Below are positions 10,786-20,653 of a DNA stretch of 64,000 bases, piece after piece (within the stretch, counting starts at the first letter, position 1; each line of letters opens with the position of its first letter). The stretch is from Candidatus Poribacteria bacterium. GTDB lineage: Bacteria; Poribacteria; WGA-4E; WGA-3G. Below the pieces are notes generated by a model that was not told the origin of the DNA, did no database searches, and saw nothing but the letters and a program-made list of their open reading frames with translations. The DNA is taken from assembly GCA_965197475.1 (NCBI GenBank), contig CBDANF010000003.1, positions 2,624,001 through 2,688,000 on the forward strand. The letters run 5' to 3'. Made by a program: the position numbers and the translations under genes.

Positions 10786-11538
10786 ATGCGAGCATTATTT
10801 CTCACTCTCTGCAGTCTCTTGTTGCTTTTTGCGTGCGGTTCTGATGAAATACCGGAACCTGCAGAAACAAAACCGAACTACTTCCCCGATGCTATCGGAA
10901 GCAGATGGGTTTACCGAAACGCTGACGGAATCCAATGGACATGGTTAGTCAAAGAAGAAATAGTTATAGACGATATTAACTATCGGTTCTTGGAAAATAC
11001 ACCGGTTATGGCGGGACCTGAATTTGATTACTTGATACCTACCTTCAACCGTTTTTCAGAAAATCAAATCCATCTCAACATCGGTGAAAAAATTGATAGT
11101 TACATCCAAACCGAACTTCCAAATGCAGTAAAGGATGAATTTGCAGGATTGGAAATAAATGTTGCTGTAGACCCAAAACTATATCCCGAACTCTTTTTCT
11201 TTCAAATCCCCCTAAAACCGAATTTTCAATGGGATGCTCTTAATATAAAAGTCAATGGAAACATTATGTTACAAAACCTAACTCTCCTCCAATTTCCTTT
11301 TGACGTACATTTTTATATCAAAGGGGAAATAATTGGTGAAGATTCTATTGAAACATCTGCTGGTAAGTTTGCGAACGCATTTCAGGTAAAATATATCACT
11401 GAAACCACCTATATTGTTTTTTCTAATGAGGAGTCAACCATGCGCAGCCAAACAATATGGTTTGTTCCCCATGTAGGTATTGTAAAAATCGAAGATGAGC
11501 GCGGTGTTACAGAATTGATTGAATATATATTGAAATGA
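10786..11538 (+). CDS. Hypothetical lipoprotein
   Basis: Lipobox LFAC after a hydrophobic stretch (start taken at MRALF); YFP...GSRWVY, V/IETSAGKF and WFVPHVGIVK motifs typical of beta-rich lipoproteins. Confidence 0.7.
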   Translation: MRALFLTLCSLLLLFACGSDEIPEPAETKPNYFPDAIGSRWVYRNADGIQWTWLVKEEIVIDDINYRFLENTPVMAGPEFDYLIPTFNRFSENQIHLNIGEKIDSYIQTELPNAVKDEFAGLEINVAVDPKLYPELFFFQIPLKPNFQWDALNIKVNGNIMLQNLTLLQFPFDVHFYIKGEIIGEDSIETSAGKFANAFQVKYITETTYIVFSNEESTMRSQTIWFVPHVGIVKIEDERGVTELIEYILK

Positions 11539-12602
11539 AAGTTGTTATCTTAAGTGACAATAAACCAGGGCATTACAAGCAATCTTTAGGCATTGTTCAG
11601 AAAATGCCTGAATCTCAAATGGAGTGGCTTGAGATACAATTCCGAAGTAAGTGGCGCGATAATATAGTGCGTATTTTGATGTGTATTTTCGGAGGTGTAC
11701 AACTTCCTACTCTCTTAATGCATGCCCTTTTGCGATGGGCACTTGAAGTATCCGCCTATAACGCTATTGCAAAAATCCAAGATATAGATATTGTTCTTTC
11801 AACAGGTTCATCCCTCGCAGCGGTCAATTTACTTCTCGGTAAAATCCTCAATGCCAAAACTATCACTTGTCGCAGACCTTCGCCTGTAGGCATCCGTCAT
11901 TTTGACCTCGCAATTCTTCCAATGCTTTCCTGGCACAATGCGGGGCGGAGAGATAATGTCTGCAAAACGATTGGCGTTCCAAACCCTATTTCTCCAGATA
12001 CACTAAATGCCGAGCGAACACAATTGCAGCAGAAACTCAATCTGTTGGACAGTCCGCGCATCGGGATACTCATCGGTGGAACGGACAAACATGAGACTAT
12101 CACTATAGAAGACGCAGAGCATTTAAGCGAGATTTGCAAGGCAGTTGCCGAGAAAATGAACGCTCAAATACTACTTACGACATCGCGTAGAACGCCATCA
12201 GATGTCACGGCATACTTGAAATCAAGTCTTGAGCACGCCGATTGGTGTCCATTGTTTATTGAACCCGATTCACCTTCAAAAATTGACGATCCCTATCAAA
12301 CCATTCTTGCAGTAAGCGATCTGCTTATCGTATCAGCAGACAGTTTCTCAATGGTATGTGAAGCCGCAAGCAGCGGACAGAAGGTGATTGTGTTATCACT
12401 GTCTCGAAAAAGCAGGAGGCATCCAAAACGTTATAATGTCTATGAGTATATGGAACAACATTCAATTGTGAGGCGGTGTATACTCGGTGAGCTATCACAG
12501 CAAATTGACGAAGCACTTGCATCAAGTGGCGATACAAACACACTACTCCAAGATACAGAAAAGGCTGTGAGGGCAATCCATTGTTTGGTTGCTAACAATT
12601 GA
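11535..12602 (+). CDS. ELM1/GtrOC1-like putative glycosyltransferase-fold protein (DUF1022)
   Basis: LSDNKPGHYKQSLG, LIGG, LTTSRRTP and ADSFSMVCEA motifs. Confidence 0.85.
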   Translation: MKVVILSDNKPGHYKQSLGIVQKMPESQMEWLEIQFRSKWRDNIVRILMCIFGGVQLPTLLMHALLRWALEVSAYNAIAKIQDIDIVLSTGSSLAAVNLLLGKILNAKTITCRRPSPVGIRHFDLAILPMLSWHNAGRRDNVCKTIGVPNPISPDTLNAERTQLQQKLNLLDSPRIGILIGGTDKHETITIEDAEHLSEICKAVAEKMNAQILLTTSRRTPSDVTAYLKSSLEHADWCPLFIEPDSPSKIDDPYQTILAVSDLLIVSADSFSMVCEAASSGQKVIVLSLSRKSRRHPKRYNVYEYMEQHSIVRRCILGELSQQIDEALASSGDTNTLLQDTEKAVRAIHCLVANN

Positions 12603-12694
12603 GAAAATTGGAACTTCTTTCAAAAATTGGTGTGAGTATTTCAAGGTATCGTAGAAACAGATATCAATTTACATCAACTTTAGAGGAGATAACA

Positions 12695-13795
12695 ATGAAA
12701 GTTAGAAGTTTAGTTTATATACTCACGCTCTTGATAATTTTGGGAATGGCTGCGTTTCTCGTAGTACCTTCAGAGGCAGAAACTGCTCAAAACGACTCCG
12801 TATCTTCAAAAAAGTCCACAGATTCCGAAAAAAAGTCCACAGATTCCGAAAAAAAGTCCACAGATTCCGAAGTTGAAGCGGAATTAGAGGGTAAGGTCGA
12901 CGAAGTTTTGGAAAAGGTTAACGAAACCCTGAAAGGCATTACGGAACTTGCCGAAGATGAAAACTTTAACGAAGAAAACTTCGATGTTGATGCATTTACG
13001 GAAAAGGTAAAGGGATTGTTTAGTAATCTTGATGACATAGAAGGCGTAGAGGTTATAATATCAGAACCATCCACCAAGATCTCAAAAATCTTCAAAGATA
13101 TCGAAGGGTATACGGAATTTGAAAAGAAGGTTCAGGAACTCGCCAAAGATGAAAACCTCAATCCTGATGAATTTGCAAAAAAGGTTATGGAACTGGCTAA
13201 AAATCTCAACATAAAGTCTTCCTTTATTCTTGACAAAGACGATGTAAAGATTTTTCAAATCGGCCCACACGTGACCACAAAAACCCTCAAAGATACCAAA
13301 GGGTTAAAAGAATTGATGAAGATGATTGAGAAACTTGGCGAAGACAGAAACCTTGACGAAGAGCAGTTGGCGAACAAAATAAAAAATCTGATTAAGAATT
13401 CAAAAATTGGCTCTACCTCTGACTTTGCGATAGGAGACGTTAAGGTTGTAACAGTCGGACCAACCGAGTTATCAAAAATATTCAAAGACCCCAAAGTGGT
13501 TAAGGAATTGGAAGCGGAGATTAAGAAACTCGCCGAAGACGAAAACCTTGACGAAGAGCAGTTGGCGAACAAAATAAAGGAACTGCTTAAGGGTCAGAAA
13601 TTTGATTCAACCTCTATCATGGACATAGGAGGCGTAAAGGTTATAAAACATGGATCACGTATGTCTTCAAATATGTCTAAAGACTCCAAAGCTATTGGAG
13701 AATTGAAGCAGAGGATTGAGAAATTAGAGAAGAAGATTGATAAACTAATTGAAAAACTTGATAAAGAACATTCCGAGTCTTCGGAAACTCAGTAA
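12695..13795 (+). CDS. Secreted or membrane-anchored helical repeat protein
   Basis: RBS gaggag before ATG 12695; N-terminal hydrophobic helix; four repeats of about 60 aa (ELAEDENL..E..A.K.K.L); C-terminal coiled coil. Confidence 0.75.
   Translation: MKVRSLVYILTLLIILGMAAFLVVPSEAETAQNDSVSSKKSTDSEKKSTDSEKKSTDSEVEAELEGKVDEVLEKVNETLKGITELAEDENFNEENFDVDAFTEKVKGLFSNLDDIEGVEVIISEPSTKISKIFKDIEGYTEFEKKVQELAKDENLNPDEFAKKVMELAKNLNIKSSFILDKDDVKIFQIGPHVTTKTLKDTKGLKELMKMIEKLGEDRNLDEEQLANKIKNLIKNSKIGSTSDFAIGDVKVVTVGPTELSKIFKDPKVVKELEAEIKKLAEDENLDEEQLANKIKELLKGQKFDSTSIMDIGGVKVIKHGSRMSSNMSKDSKAIGELKQRIEKLEKKIDKLIEKLDKEHSESSETQ
12808..12870 (+). repeat. Three perfect 21-bp in-frame tandem repeats (KKSTDSE)
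   Basis: aaaaaagtccacagattccga x3. Confidence 0.95.
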
Positions 13796-13825
13796 TGATT
13801 GACAGAGTAAGTAAATTTGAATGTG

Positions 13826-13852
13826 TATGGCGAGGTAAGATATCTCGCCATA
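13826..13852 (+). terminator. Hairpin after the repeat-protein gene
   Basis: tatggcgag...ctcgccata inverted repeat. Confidence 0.5.
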
Positions 13853-13988
13853 ATCAATTCTAATACCCGTGCTGATTGTGACTCCTTATTTGTTGAAGTA
13901 TTTTACATTTTGAATTGTATATGCAGATTCTACGATTGTCAAGTGGTATAACGGCTTATTTTCCTATTCTACACCAAAACCGAATTAC

Positions 13989-14017
13989 TTGACATAAAGC
14001 GTAAATTGTGGTATTAT
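13989..14017 (+). promoter_or_regulatory. Sigma70-type promoter
   Basis: TTGACA-17 bp-TATTAT with TG extended -10. Confidence 0.75.
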
Positions 14018-14107
14018 ACTTATTGAGACTATGTTCCTTCTAACTATTGAAAGAGTTTTGGCAAGATGGGCATCAAAGTACCGCCCGCAAGGAGTTAAAT
14101 ACATACT

Positions 14108-16096
14108 ATGCCAAATGCATTATTTGTTTATCCGAAGTTCCCACCATCATATTGGGGTTTTAAATACGCCTTAGACTTCCTTGGTAAAAAATCATCGATG
14201 CCTCCTCTTGGACTATTGACTATTGCCGGAATGTTTCCCAATAATTACAACTTAAAAGTCGTTGATATGAACATTGAACCTCTGACAGATGCACATCTCG
14301 ATTGGGCAGATATGGTACTCACATCAACGATGATTGTTCAAAAAGCATCGCTTTATGAGGTTGTAGAACAATCTAATCGCGCTGGCGTGCCGATTATTGC
14401 AGGTGGACCCCATCCGACATCTTATTACGACAATATTAAAGAAGAATGTGACGGGACAGTAGATCATTTCCTTTTTGGTGAGGTTGAAGAGATTTTTGAA
14501 GACTTCTTGACAGATTTTGAAAGCGGGACAGCAAATGAGGTTTATCGAGAAACCAAAAAACCGGATATTACAAAGACACCTCCACCAAGATATGACTTAA
14601 TTGATTTAAATGCTTATGGGTCAATGGCACTGCAATTTTCTCGCGGATGTCCATTCAACTGCGAATTTTGCGATATTACCAAATTATTCGGACGCGTGCC
14701 ACGTACTAAAACCAATGAACAGATGCTTGCTGAGTTTGAACTGTTGTATAAGTTAGGGTGGACGGGTTCAATGTTTGTCGTTGATGACAACTTTATCGGT
14801 AATAAACGTGATGCGATGCGTTTACTCCCTGCCGTTAAGAAATGGCAAGAGGAACGCGGTTTTCCGTTCTCGCTCTATACCGAAGCGAGTGTAAACCTTG
14901 TTGAAATCCCCGAAATGCTTGATGCGATGAGTATCGCAGGGTTTAATATGGTATTTCTCGGTATTGAAACGCCTAATGAAGAAGCACTGATTACGACTTC
15001 TAAAGGGCAAAACACAAGTAAAGAGGAGGACGCGGGGAGTTACCTGTTGCATGCTATCAGAAAGATTCAGCACAAGGGAATGGAAGTCACTGGTGGTTTT
15101 ATTATCGGTCTTGATGGTGATACCGAGTTTGATTCACACATCAATTTCATTCAGGAAGCGGGAATCCCGATGGCAATGGCAGGATTGTTGACTGCCCTGA
15201 AAGAAACAGACCTTTGGCACCGATTGAAAAAGGAAGATCGACTGCTCGTAGAATCAAGCGGCAATAATACCGATATGAGCCTGAATTTTGTCCCTGAAAT
15301 GCCGCGCGTGAAACTTATTGAAGAATATCGACGTGTAATTTCTACTCTTTACGATCCGACTTTGAAGAACTATTTTGCGCGTTGTTATAAAATGCTTCAA
15401 CACCTGCCATACACCTCACATAATGTCAGCCCTATTCAAAAAGACGAAGTGCGCGCGTTTTTCCTATCAATCCAGCGACAACTCTTCTCCAGACAAGGAC
15501 TGGAGTACGCGAAATTTTTGGCGAAAGTGGTTAAAAAGGATCGCCGGATGTTCCCTAAAGCAGTCCGATTAGCAGTCATGGGGTATCATTTGGAAAAAAT
15601 TACACGTCATACCGTCGCAGTCGAAGATTTTAGAACGTTCTTAACAGGAGAAATGGATTCGTTTAAAGCGAAAATTTCGCAATTCGCACATGCTCAAGGC
15701 GATCGGATGCATGAAATTCAGAAATACACACGGCAACTTTGTGCGAGAGTAAAGTCGGAATACGAATCTATCCATAAAGACTTTCGCTACGATGCTCATA
15801 GTGCCCTTGAAAATTTCCAAAAATCTATGTTTAAGGTGTATTTAGAAGCAGAATTTCAAGCTTTTAAGGAGGCTGTTGGTGCCTTCGCGAAAGCACAAAG
15901 CGAGCGTCTTGCTGAGTTGCAAAGCTATCTCAGTAAACTCTTTGCCCGTGTTAGCGCGCAACAGGCGCAACTCCATGATGATTTCAAGCAGAACATTCAG
16001 GAAACATTTGACACATTCCAAGAATCGATCACTGGGCATTTAGAGCAGCTCTTCGGTTTTATGCCTGTGAAAATTGAAGAATTGCAACACGACTGA
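14108..16096 (+). CDS. B12-binding radical SAM protein (DUF4070-type) with duplicated helical C-terminal extension
   Basis: PPLGLLTIA, GGPHPT and FSRGCPFNCEFC (CxxxCxxC) motifs; VDDNFIGN. Confidence 0.9.
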   Translation: MPNALFVYPKFPPSYWGFKYALDFLGKKSSMPPLGLLTIAGMFPNNYNLKVVDMNIEPLTDAHLDWADMVLTSTMIVQKASLYEVVEQSNRAGVPIIAGGPHPTSYYDNIKEECDGTVDHFLFGEVEEIFEDFLTDFESGTANEVYRETKKPDITKTPPPRYDLIDLNAYGSMALQFSRGCPFNCEFCDITKLFGRVPRTKTNEQMLAEFELLYKLGWTGSMFVVDDNFIGNKRDAMRLLPAVKKWQEERGFPFSLYTEASVNLVEIPEMLDAMSIAGFNMVFLGIETPNEEALITTSKGQNTSKEEDAGSYLLHAIRKIQHKGMEVTGGFIIGLDGDTEFDSHINFIQEAGIPMAMAGLLTALKETDLWHRLKKEDRLLVESSGNNTDMSLNFVPEMPRVKLIEEYRRVISTLYDPTLKNYFARCYKMLQHLPYTSHNVSPIQKDEVRAFFLSIQRQLFSRQGLEYAKFLAKVVKKDRRMFPKAVRLAVMGYHLEKITRHTVAVEDFRTFLTGEMDSFKAKISQFAHAQGDRMHEIQKYTRQLCARVKSEYESIHKDFRYDAHSALENFQKSMFKVYLEAEFQAFKEAVGAFAKAQSERLAELQSYLSKLFARVSAQQAQLHDDFKQNIQETFDTFQESITGHLEQLFGFMPVKIEELQHD

Positions 16097-16114
16097 TGGC
16101 AATCGTATGTTATT

Positions 16115-17644
16115 ATGGTGCCAATTCAGATAGAGAATATCTTTTTCACCTATCCGAGTCGTGAAACGCCTACGCTCCACGGTATCAGTGCCGAGATTTC
16201 CCCTGGTGATTTTCTTTTACTAACTGGACCAACCGGCTGCGGAAAAACCACATTGCTCCGCACGATGAACGGTTTGATTCCGCATGCTTCGGCAGGAACG
16301 TTGACTGGCATCGTAAATTTGAATGGTCAAAACGTTGCGACTCAACCCCTTGCAGCGACCTGTCAACAGGCCGCACTCCTCTTCCAAAATCCTGATAATC
16401 AACTTTTTTGCACACTTGTAGAAGATGAAATTGCGTTTGGACTCGAAAATCTCGGTTTTCCACCTGAAGAGATCAAAAAACGTCTTAGTTCTGCTTTAGA
16501 ACAGGTAGGTTTAAGAGGTTTTGAGAACAGGCGTATCGTAGATCTCTCCGGTGGTGAAAAGCAGCGTGTGGCACTCGCCTCTATCTGTGCAATGCAGCCG
16601 CAGGTCTTGCTACTTGACGAACCGACAAGTCATCTTGATCCACGTGCAACGCGAGATATTCTCAACATAGTCAAGCAGCTAAATACCGAAATGGGGATTA
16701 CGGTCGTGTTGGCAACCCATCAAGTCAAAGAAGTTGCACCGTTGTGCAACCGTGTCTGGCTCATGCGCGAAGGGCAACTCTGTTTGAACGCACCAAAAGT
16801 AAAGGCATTTCAAGACACAACAGTCTTTCGGAGTTTGGGTGTGGAGGTGCCTGAACCAGAAATATCTTCAACCGACGTTTGCACGAACTCCTCCTCTTTT
16901 TTACCATTAAACAATACTCTCCTTAATGTCCGAGATCTCCATTTTCGCTATCCAAACAGCGATAAGCATGCAGTGAAGTCAATAACTTGTGATGTCTCAC
17001 GTGGAGAGATAATTGCTATCATGGGAGCAAACGGGTCTGGCAAAACAACGCTGCTCCATCTCATCGGGAGATTGCTTCAACCTTCAGCAGGGGAGGTTAC
17101 TATAGATGGAAAAGGGGCGAAACGCCTGAAACTCCATCAGTTAGCAGGAAAGGTCGGGATAGTCTTTCAGAATCCTGACCTGTTGCTGCAGGCAGAAACC
17201 GTCAAGGATGAGGTGGAATTTGGTCCCAAAAACCTGAGATTGAGTACTGAAACCCTCAAAAACCGCGTAGATAGGACGCTTGCCCAATTTAAGCTGGCAG
17301 ATTTTGCCGAAGAAGCTCCTTATTCGCTTTCACGCGGACAACGTCAACGCGTTGCTGTCGCTGCTACCTTTTCACTGCATCCCGATATCTTCCTTCTTGA
17401 TGAACCCACCACAGGTCAAGACGCACAACACCTTCAACATCTGATGGACGAGCTCTACAATCAAATCCGACAAGAGAACAAGACTCTCATATTCGCAACG
17501 CATAACATGCGGCTCACCTTGAAATATGCAGATCGTGTTCTGTTGCTGCGGGAAGGGGAAAAGATTTTTGATGGCGCACCTGATATCGCCTTCACTGATC
17601 CGCAACTCCTACAAGAAGCATCGCTGACCTTTGAAATAAATTGA
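16115..17644 (+). CDS. ECF-type transporter fused double ATPase
   Basis: Two Walker A motifs (GPTGCGKT, GANGSGKT), two FQNPD Q-loops, LSGGEKQR/LSRGQRQR and two LLDEPT. Confidence 0.92.
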   Translation: MVPIQIENIFFTYPSRETPTLHGISAEISPGDFLLLTGPTGCGKTTLLRTMNGLIPHASAGTLTGIVNLNGQNVATQPLAATCQQAALLFQNPDNQLFCTLVEDEIAFGLENLGFPPEEIKKRLSSALEQVGLRGFENRRIVDLSGGEKQRVALASICAMQPQVLLLDEPTSHLDPRATRDILNIVKQLNTEMGITVVLATHQVKEVAPLCNRVWLMREGQLCLNAPKVKAFQDTTVFRSLGVEVPEPEISSTDVCTNSSSFLPLNNTLLNVRDLHFRYPNSDKHAVKSITCDVSRGEIIAIMGANGSGKTTLLHLIGRLLQPSAGEVTIDGKGAKRLKLHQLAGKVGIVFQNPDLLLQAETVKDEVEFGPKNLRLSTETLKNRVDRTLAQFKLADFAEEAPYSLSRGQRQRVAVAATFSLHPDIFLLDEPTTGQDAQHLQHLMDELYNQIRQENKTLIFATHNMRLTLKYADRVLLLREGEKIFDGAPDIAFTDPQLLQEASLTFEIN

Positions 17645-17669
17645 CATATCCCTTTTCTTTTGGTATTAT
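17641..17669 (+). promoter_or_regulatory. Sigma70-type promoter
   Basis: TTGACA-17 bp-TATTAT; lies just before a MITE-like element and a gene relic. Confidence 0.6.
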
Positions 17670-17674
17670 TAAAC

Positions 17675-17793
17675 AGGACTACGCACAAGCGGTAGGCGCG
17701 CTTTGTAAGCGCGCTGGAAACTCAGAATTCTGCTGAAAATTACACCATTTTAGTTAAACTTATTGAAAAAATCGTGAAAATTGCGTAAGTCTT
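17675..17793. mobile_element. MITE-like element with (a)ggact(t)acgca / tgcgtaagtc ends and an internal GTAG REP-like palindrome
   Basis: Imperfect terminal inverted repeats; internal gtaggcgcgctttgtaagcgcgc. Confidence 0.5.
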
Positions 17794-17819
17794 ATTAAAG
17801 TTAAAGTGGTGATGATTAA

Positions 17820-18041
17820 GACGCAGCTATAATATCATTGCACATTTATGCGGTAAATGGAGCATTGGTCAGGACACTCAAGTTAGGACATTAGTCTGCG
17901 GGGATTTATGAGCATCGGGACCGTGCTGCGTATTGGGATGGTAGGAATGTACAAGGGGAGCGTGCAGCAAGTGGGATCTATTTTTATACATTAACTGCAG
18001 ACAATTTCACATCAACACGGAAGATGTTGATTAGGAAGTAG
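17820..18041 (+). pseudogene. Relic of the C-terminal secretion/FlgD-Ig-like domain of a secreted protein
   Basis: LHIYAVNGALVRTLKLGH*SAGIYEHRDRAAYWDGRNVQGERAASGIYFYTLTADNFTSTRKMLIRK*; aligns with the C-terminus of the 33128-36052 protein; in-frame TAG at 17892; no start codon. Confidence 0.88.
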
Positions 18042-18069
18042 AAGCGATCTCTGAAATAGCACTTTCTTA

Positions 18070-18098
18070 TAGGCGCGGTCGGAAACCGCGCCTTTTTC
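18070..18098 (+). terminator. Intrinsic terminator
   Basis: aggcgcggt-cggaa-accgcgcct followed by T-run. Confidence 0.75.
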
Positions 18099-18175
18099 TA
18101 TTGCATCTATTTGCACAAAGTGCTAAATTAAGATGAGATTTGCACAAGATTTAAATTTTTTACAGGAGAAATAAA

Positions 18176-18739
18176 ATGCGTCGAAAACTTTTAATTTTTG
18201 GTTTAACGATACTTTTCATCGGTGTCATAATAGCGATAAGTATCCGCTCGGTCGAAAGCCAGGGGGATATGGTGGAACGCGGTAAATATCTTGTTGATGC
18301 TGTGGCTGCCTGTGGATATTGCCATACACCGCGTGCGGGTGCTGAATACAATATGAAAATGTACCTTGCGGGACATCCCGCAAGTGATCCTTACCCGCGT
18401 TATAATTTTAACATGATGCAGCAAGGGATTTTTCTTTTGACCTCACCTCAATTAAGTGCTTTTTCTGGTCCGTTTGGAACGAGTTTCGCATCAAACTTAA
18501 CTCCAGACAAAGAAACTGGGTTAGGGGAATGGACAGAGAAAATGTTTATTGAAGCAATGCGCACTGGGCTGCACCAGGGTAATCCTGACAATAGGAAAAT
18601 CTTCCCGCCTATGCCGACGAAGCATTATGCCCAAATGAACGATGCTGATCTCAAAGCAATTTGGGCTTACCTCAAGTCTATTAAACCTGTCAAAAACGAA
18701 GTCAGTCCGGTATTGAATAGATTTGGCAGACCGTTTTAA
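18176..18739 (+). CDS. Monoheme c-type cytochrome (periplasmic)
   Basis: Signal helix; ERGKYLV; CGYCH heme motif; ASNLTPD.ETGLG.W; PPMP (axial Met). Confidence 0.9.
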   Translation: MRRKLLIFGLTILFIGVIIAISIRSVESQGDMVERGKYLVDAVAACGYCHTPRAGAEYNMKMYLAGHPASDPYPRYNFNMMQQGIFLLTSPQLSAFSGPFGTSFASNLTPDKETGLGEWTEKMFIEAMRTGLHQGNPDNRKIFPPMPTKHYAQMNDADLKAIWAYLKSIKPVKNEVSPVLNRFGRPF

Positions 18740-18828
18740 AATAGTCGGCACATGTCACCGAATGCCGTAAGCACATTCAGATTTAATTTGGTGTGCCGTA
18801 ACTACCAAAATTGGAGACACTATTTATT

Positions 18829-19893
18829 ATGGCATCAAAGAAAAAACAGGTTCGCGTTGCTGTTGTGGGGATGGGGATTGGTAGACCGAATGGGGCAGCA
18901 CTCTCGCGAAACTCAAGAGGAAATGTTGTAGCACTCTGCGATCTTGATGAAGAACGCATGAAAGGCTTCGCGAAGGATTTACCGGGGAAGGTCAAACTCT
19001 ACACAGATTACAAAGAGATATGCAAAGCGTCTGATATTGACGCAGTGTTTGTTGGCACGCCAAATCAGTGGCATGTGCCGATAGCGTTAGAAGCAGTGCA
19101 GAACGGCAAGCACGTTATGGTGACTAAACCGTTGGCAGATTGCGAGGAAGCGGCTGAAAAGTTAGTTAAAGAAGCTGAAGCAGCGGGAGTCGTTAATATG
19201 ATGTCGCTCTCTACCCGTTTCGGTCATAGCTGCCAACACTTTGGTGACCTCGATCGCGATAACTATTTCGGTGAACTATATTATGCGCGTGCGCGAAGCG
19301 TCCGAAGAAGTGGTATCCCCGCATGGAATCTCGGTTTCATTCAGAAAGGAGGCGGCGCATTTCGAGATATGGGGGTGCATGTGCTTGATTCTGTCTGGTG
19401 GATTATGGGTATGCCTAAACCTATCTCTGTTCTCGGTGCTGCTGGGGCGAAATTTGGTCCTCGTGGGCTTGGCTATTGGAACCGTACAAAACCACCGAAA
19501 GAGACGTATGAAAAATATGACTCTGATGATTATGCTGGCGGTTTCATTACCTTTGAAAATGGAGTTGGCTTACAGGTAGAAAGTTTCTGGGCATCACATC
19601 AACCTGGAGAGTTTCAGATAGAACTTTTTGGCACTGAAGCTGGGGCTACACTGAGTCCATTGAAGGTATATCGAACAGATAAAAAAGGTGAATTTGAGGA
19701 TATAGATGTTACTCTACCAAAAAGTAAGTACAATGAAGCGTGGGATGCCATTGCTGACCATTTTATTGAGTGTATCTTGGACGGTGAAGACTGCAAAGCT
19801 CCGCTTCGCCACGGACTGATTGTGCAGAAGATGATGGAAGGTTTACTCAAAAGTGGTGAGACGGGGCGCGAGGTTCACATTGAGGTAGATTAA
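18829..19893 (+). CDS. Gfo/Idh/MocA-family oxidoreductase
   Basis: VAVVGMG Rossmann fold; TPNQWH; HVMVTKPLA; GGGAFRDMGVH. Confidence 0.92.
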   Translation: MASKKKQVRVAVVGMGIGRPNGAALSRNSRGNVVALCDLDEERMKGFAKDLPGKVKLYTDYKEICKASDIDAVFVGTPNQWHVPIALEAVQNGKHVMVTKPLADCEEAAEKLVKEAEAAGVVNMMSLSTRFGHSCQHFGDLDRDNYFGELYYARARSVRRSGIPAWNLGFIQKGGGAFRDMGVHVLDSVWWIMGMPKPISVLGAAGAKFGPRGLGYWNRTKPPKETYEKYDSDDYAGGFITFENGVGLQVESFWASHQPGEFQIELFGTEAGATLSPLKVYRTDKKGEFEDIDVTLPKSKYNEAWDAIADHFIECILDGEDCKAPLRHGLIVQKMMEGLLKSGETGREVHIEVD

Positions 19894-19894
19894 A

Positions 19895-20599
19895 ATGAAT
19901 ATTGACATGTCAATCCTGCGTGATGATTTTGTTCAAATAGGTTTTGCTATCGTGCCTAATCTGTTTACACGAAGCGAAGTACAACGGCTTAAATTTGAGT
20001 GTATTGACATTCTGGAAGCAGTTAAGAAAGAGACAGGCGCAGTCGCCGGACACGGCGTTTATGTTGGTTTAGCTGCGCGGAGTCCTGTCTTTCAGGAAGC
20101 GGTCGGCGATGCACGGTTACTTGATATTTTAGCGGAAATCCTCGCACCAGATATCGAATTTCTGAGCGATAAGGTAGTTTTCAAAAGTGATTCAATGGCC
20201 TTTGCGAGTCCGTGGCACCAAGATTGGCATTATTGGCACGGTGTGCACAAACTCTCGATCTGGGTTGCGCTTGACGATGCCACTGTTGAAAACGGATGTC
20301 TCAAACTTTTTCCGGGATCGCACAAATCTGCTATTGTTCACGATGGCGACGCGAGCGATGGGCACGGGTTTGGAAATCGTTTGCGTCCCGATGCAATTGA
20401 TGAAAGCCTTGCAGTTACTGCTGAATTGGAAGCAGGCGGCGCAGTCTTTTTCCATGATCTGACACTTCATTCAAGCCATCCGAACCGTTCTGGAAAGGAA
20501 CGGTGGGTCTGGATTCCAACATATCGTGATGCAAAGGCTGAAGATAACGATTATCCGTGGGTAGTTGCTGCGAAAGTTTTGCGCGGTGAAAAGAGGTAA
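19895..20599 (+). CDS. Phytanoyl-CoA dioxygenase (PhyH)-family Fe(II)/2OG oxygenase
   Basis: PWHQD, WVALDDATVENGCL..PGSHK and H.S..NRS..ER motifs. Confidence 0.92.
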   Translation: MNIDMSILRDDFVQIGFAIVPNLFTRSEVQRLKFECIDILEAVKKETGAVAGHGVYVGLAARSPVFQEAVGDARLLDILAEILAPDIEFLSDKVVFKSDSMAFASPWHQDWHYWHGVHKLSIWVALDDATVENGCLKLFPGSHKSAIVHDGDASDGHGFGNRLRPDAIDESLAVTAELEAGGAVFFHDLTLHSSHPNRSGKERWVWIPTYRDAKAEDNDYPWVVAAKVLRGEKR

Positions 20600-20653
20600 T
20601 TTTCTCACAGTATTTTGAGAGTTTATTTTATTTGAAATGAAAAAGGAGAAGAC

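Noticed and set aside
14018-14107. Cobalamin riboswitch before the B12 radical SAM gene
   Set aside because: The leader is only about 85 nt and lacks B12-box motifs.
17892-17894. Pyrrolysine or other read-through of the in-frame TAG
   Set aside because: The fragment has no start codon and another stop lies at 17817; a CAG-to-TAG decay (Gln in the intact paralog) is the simpler explanation.
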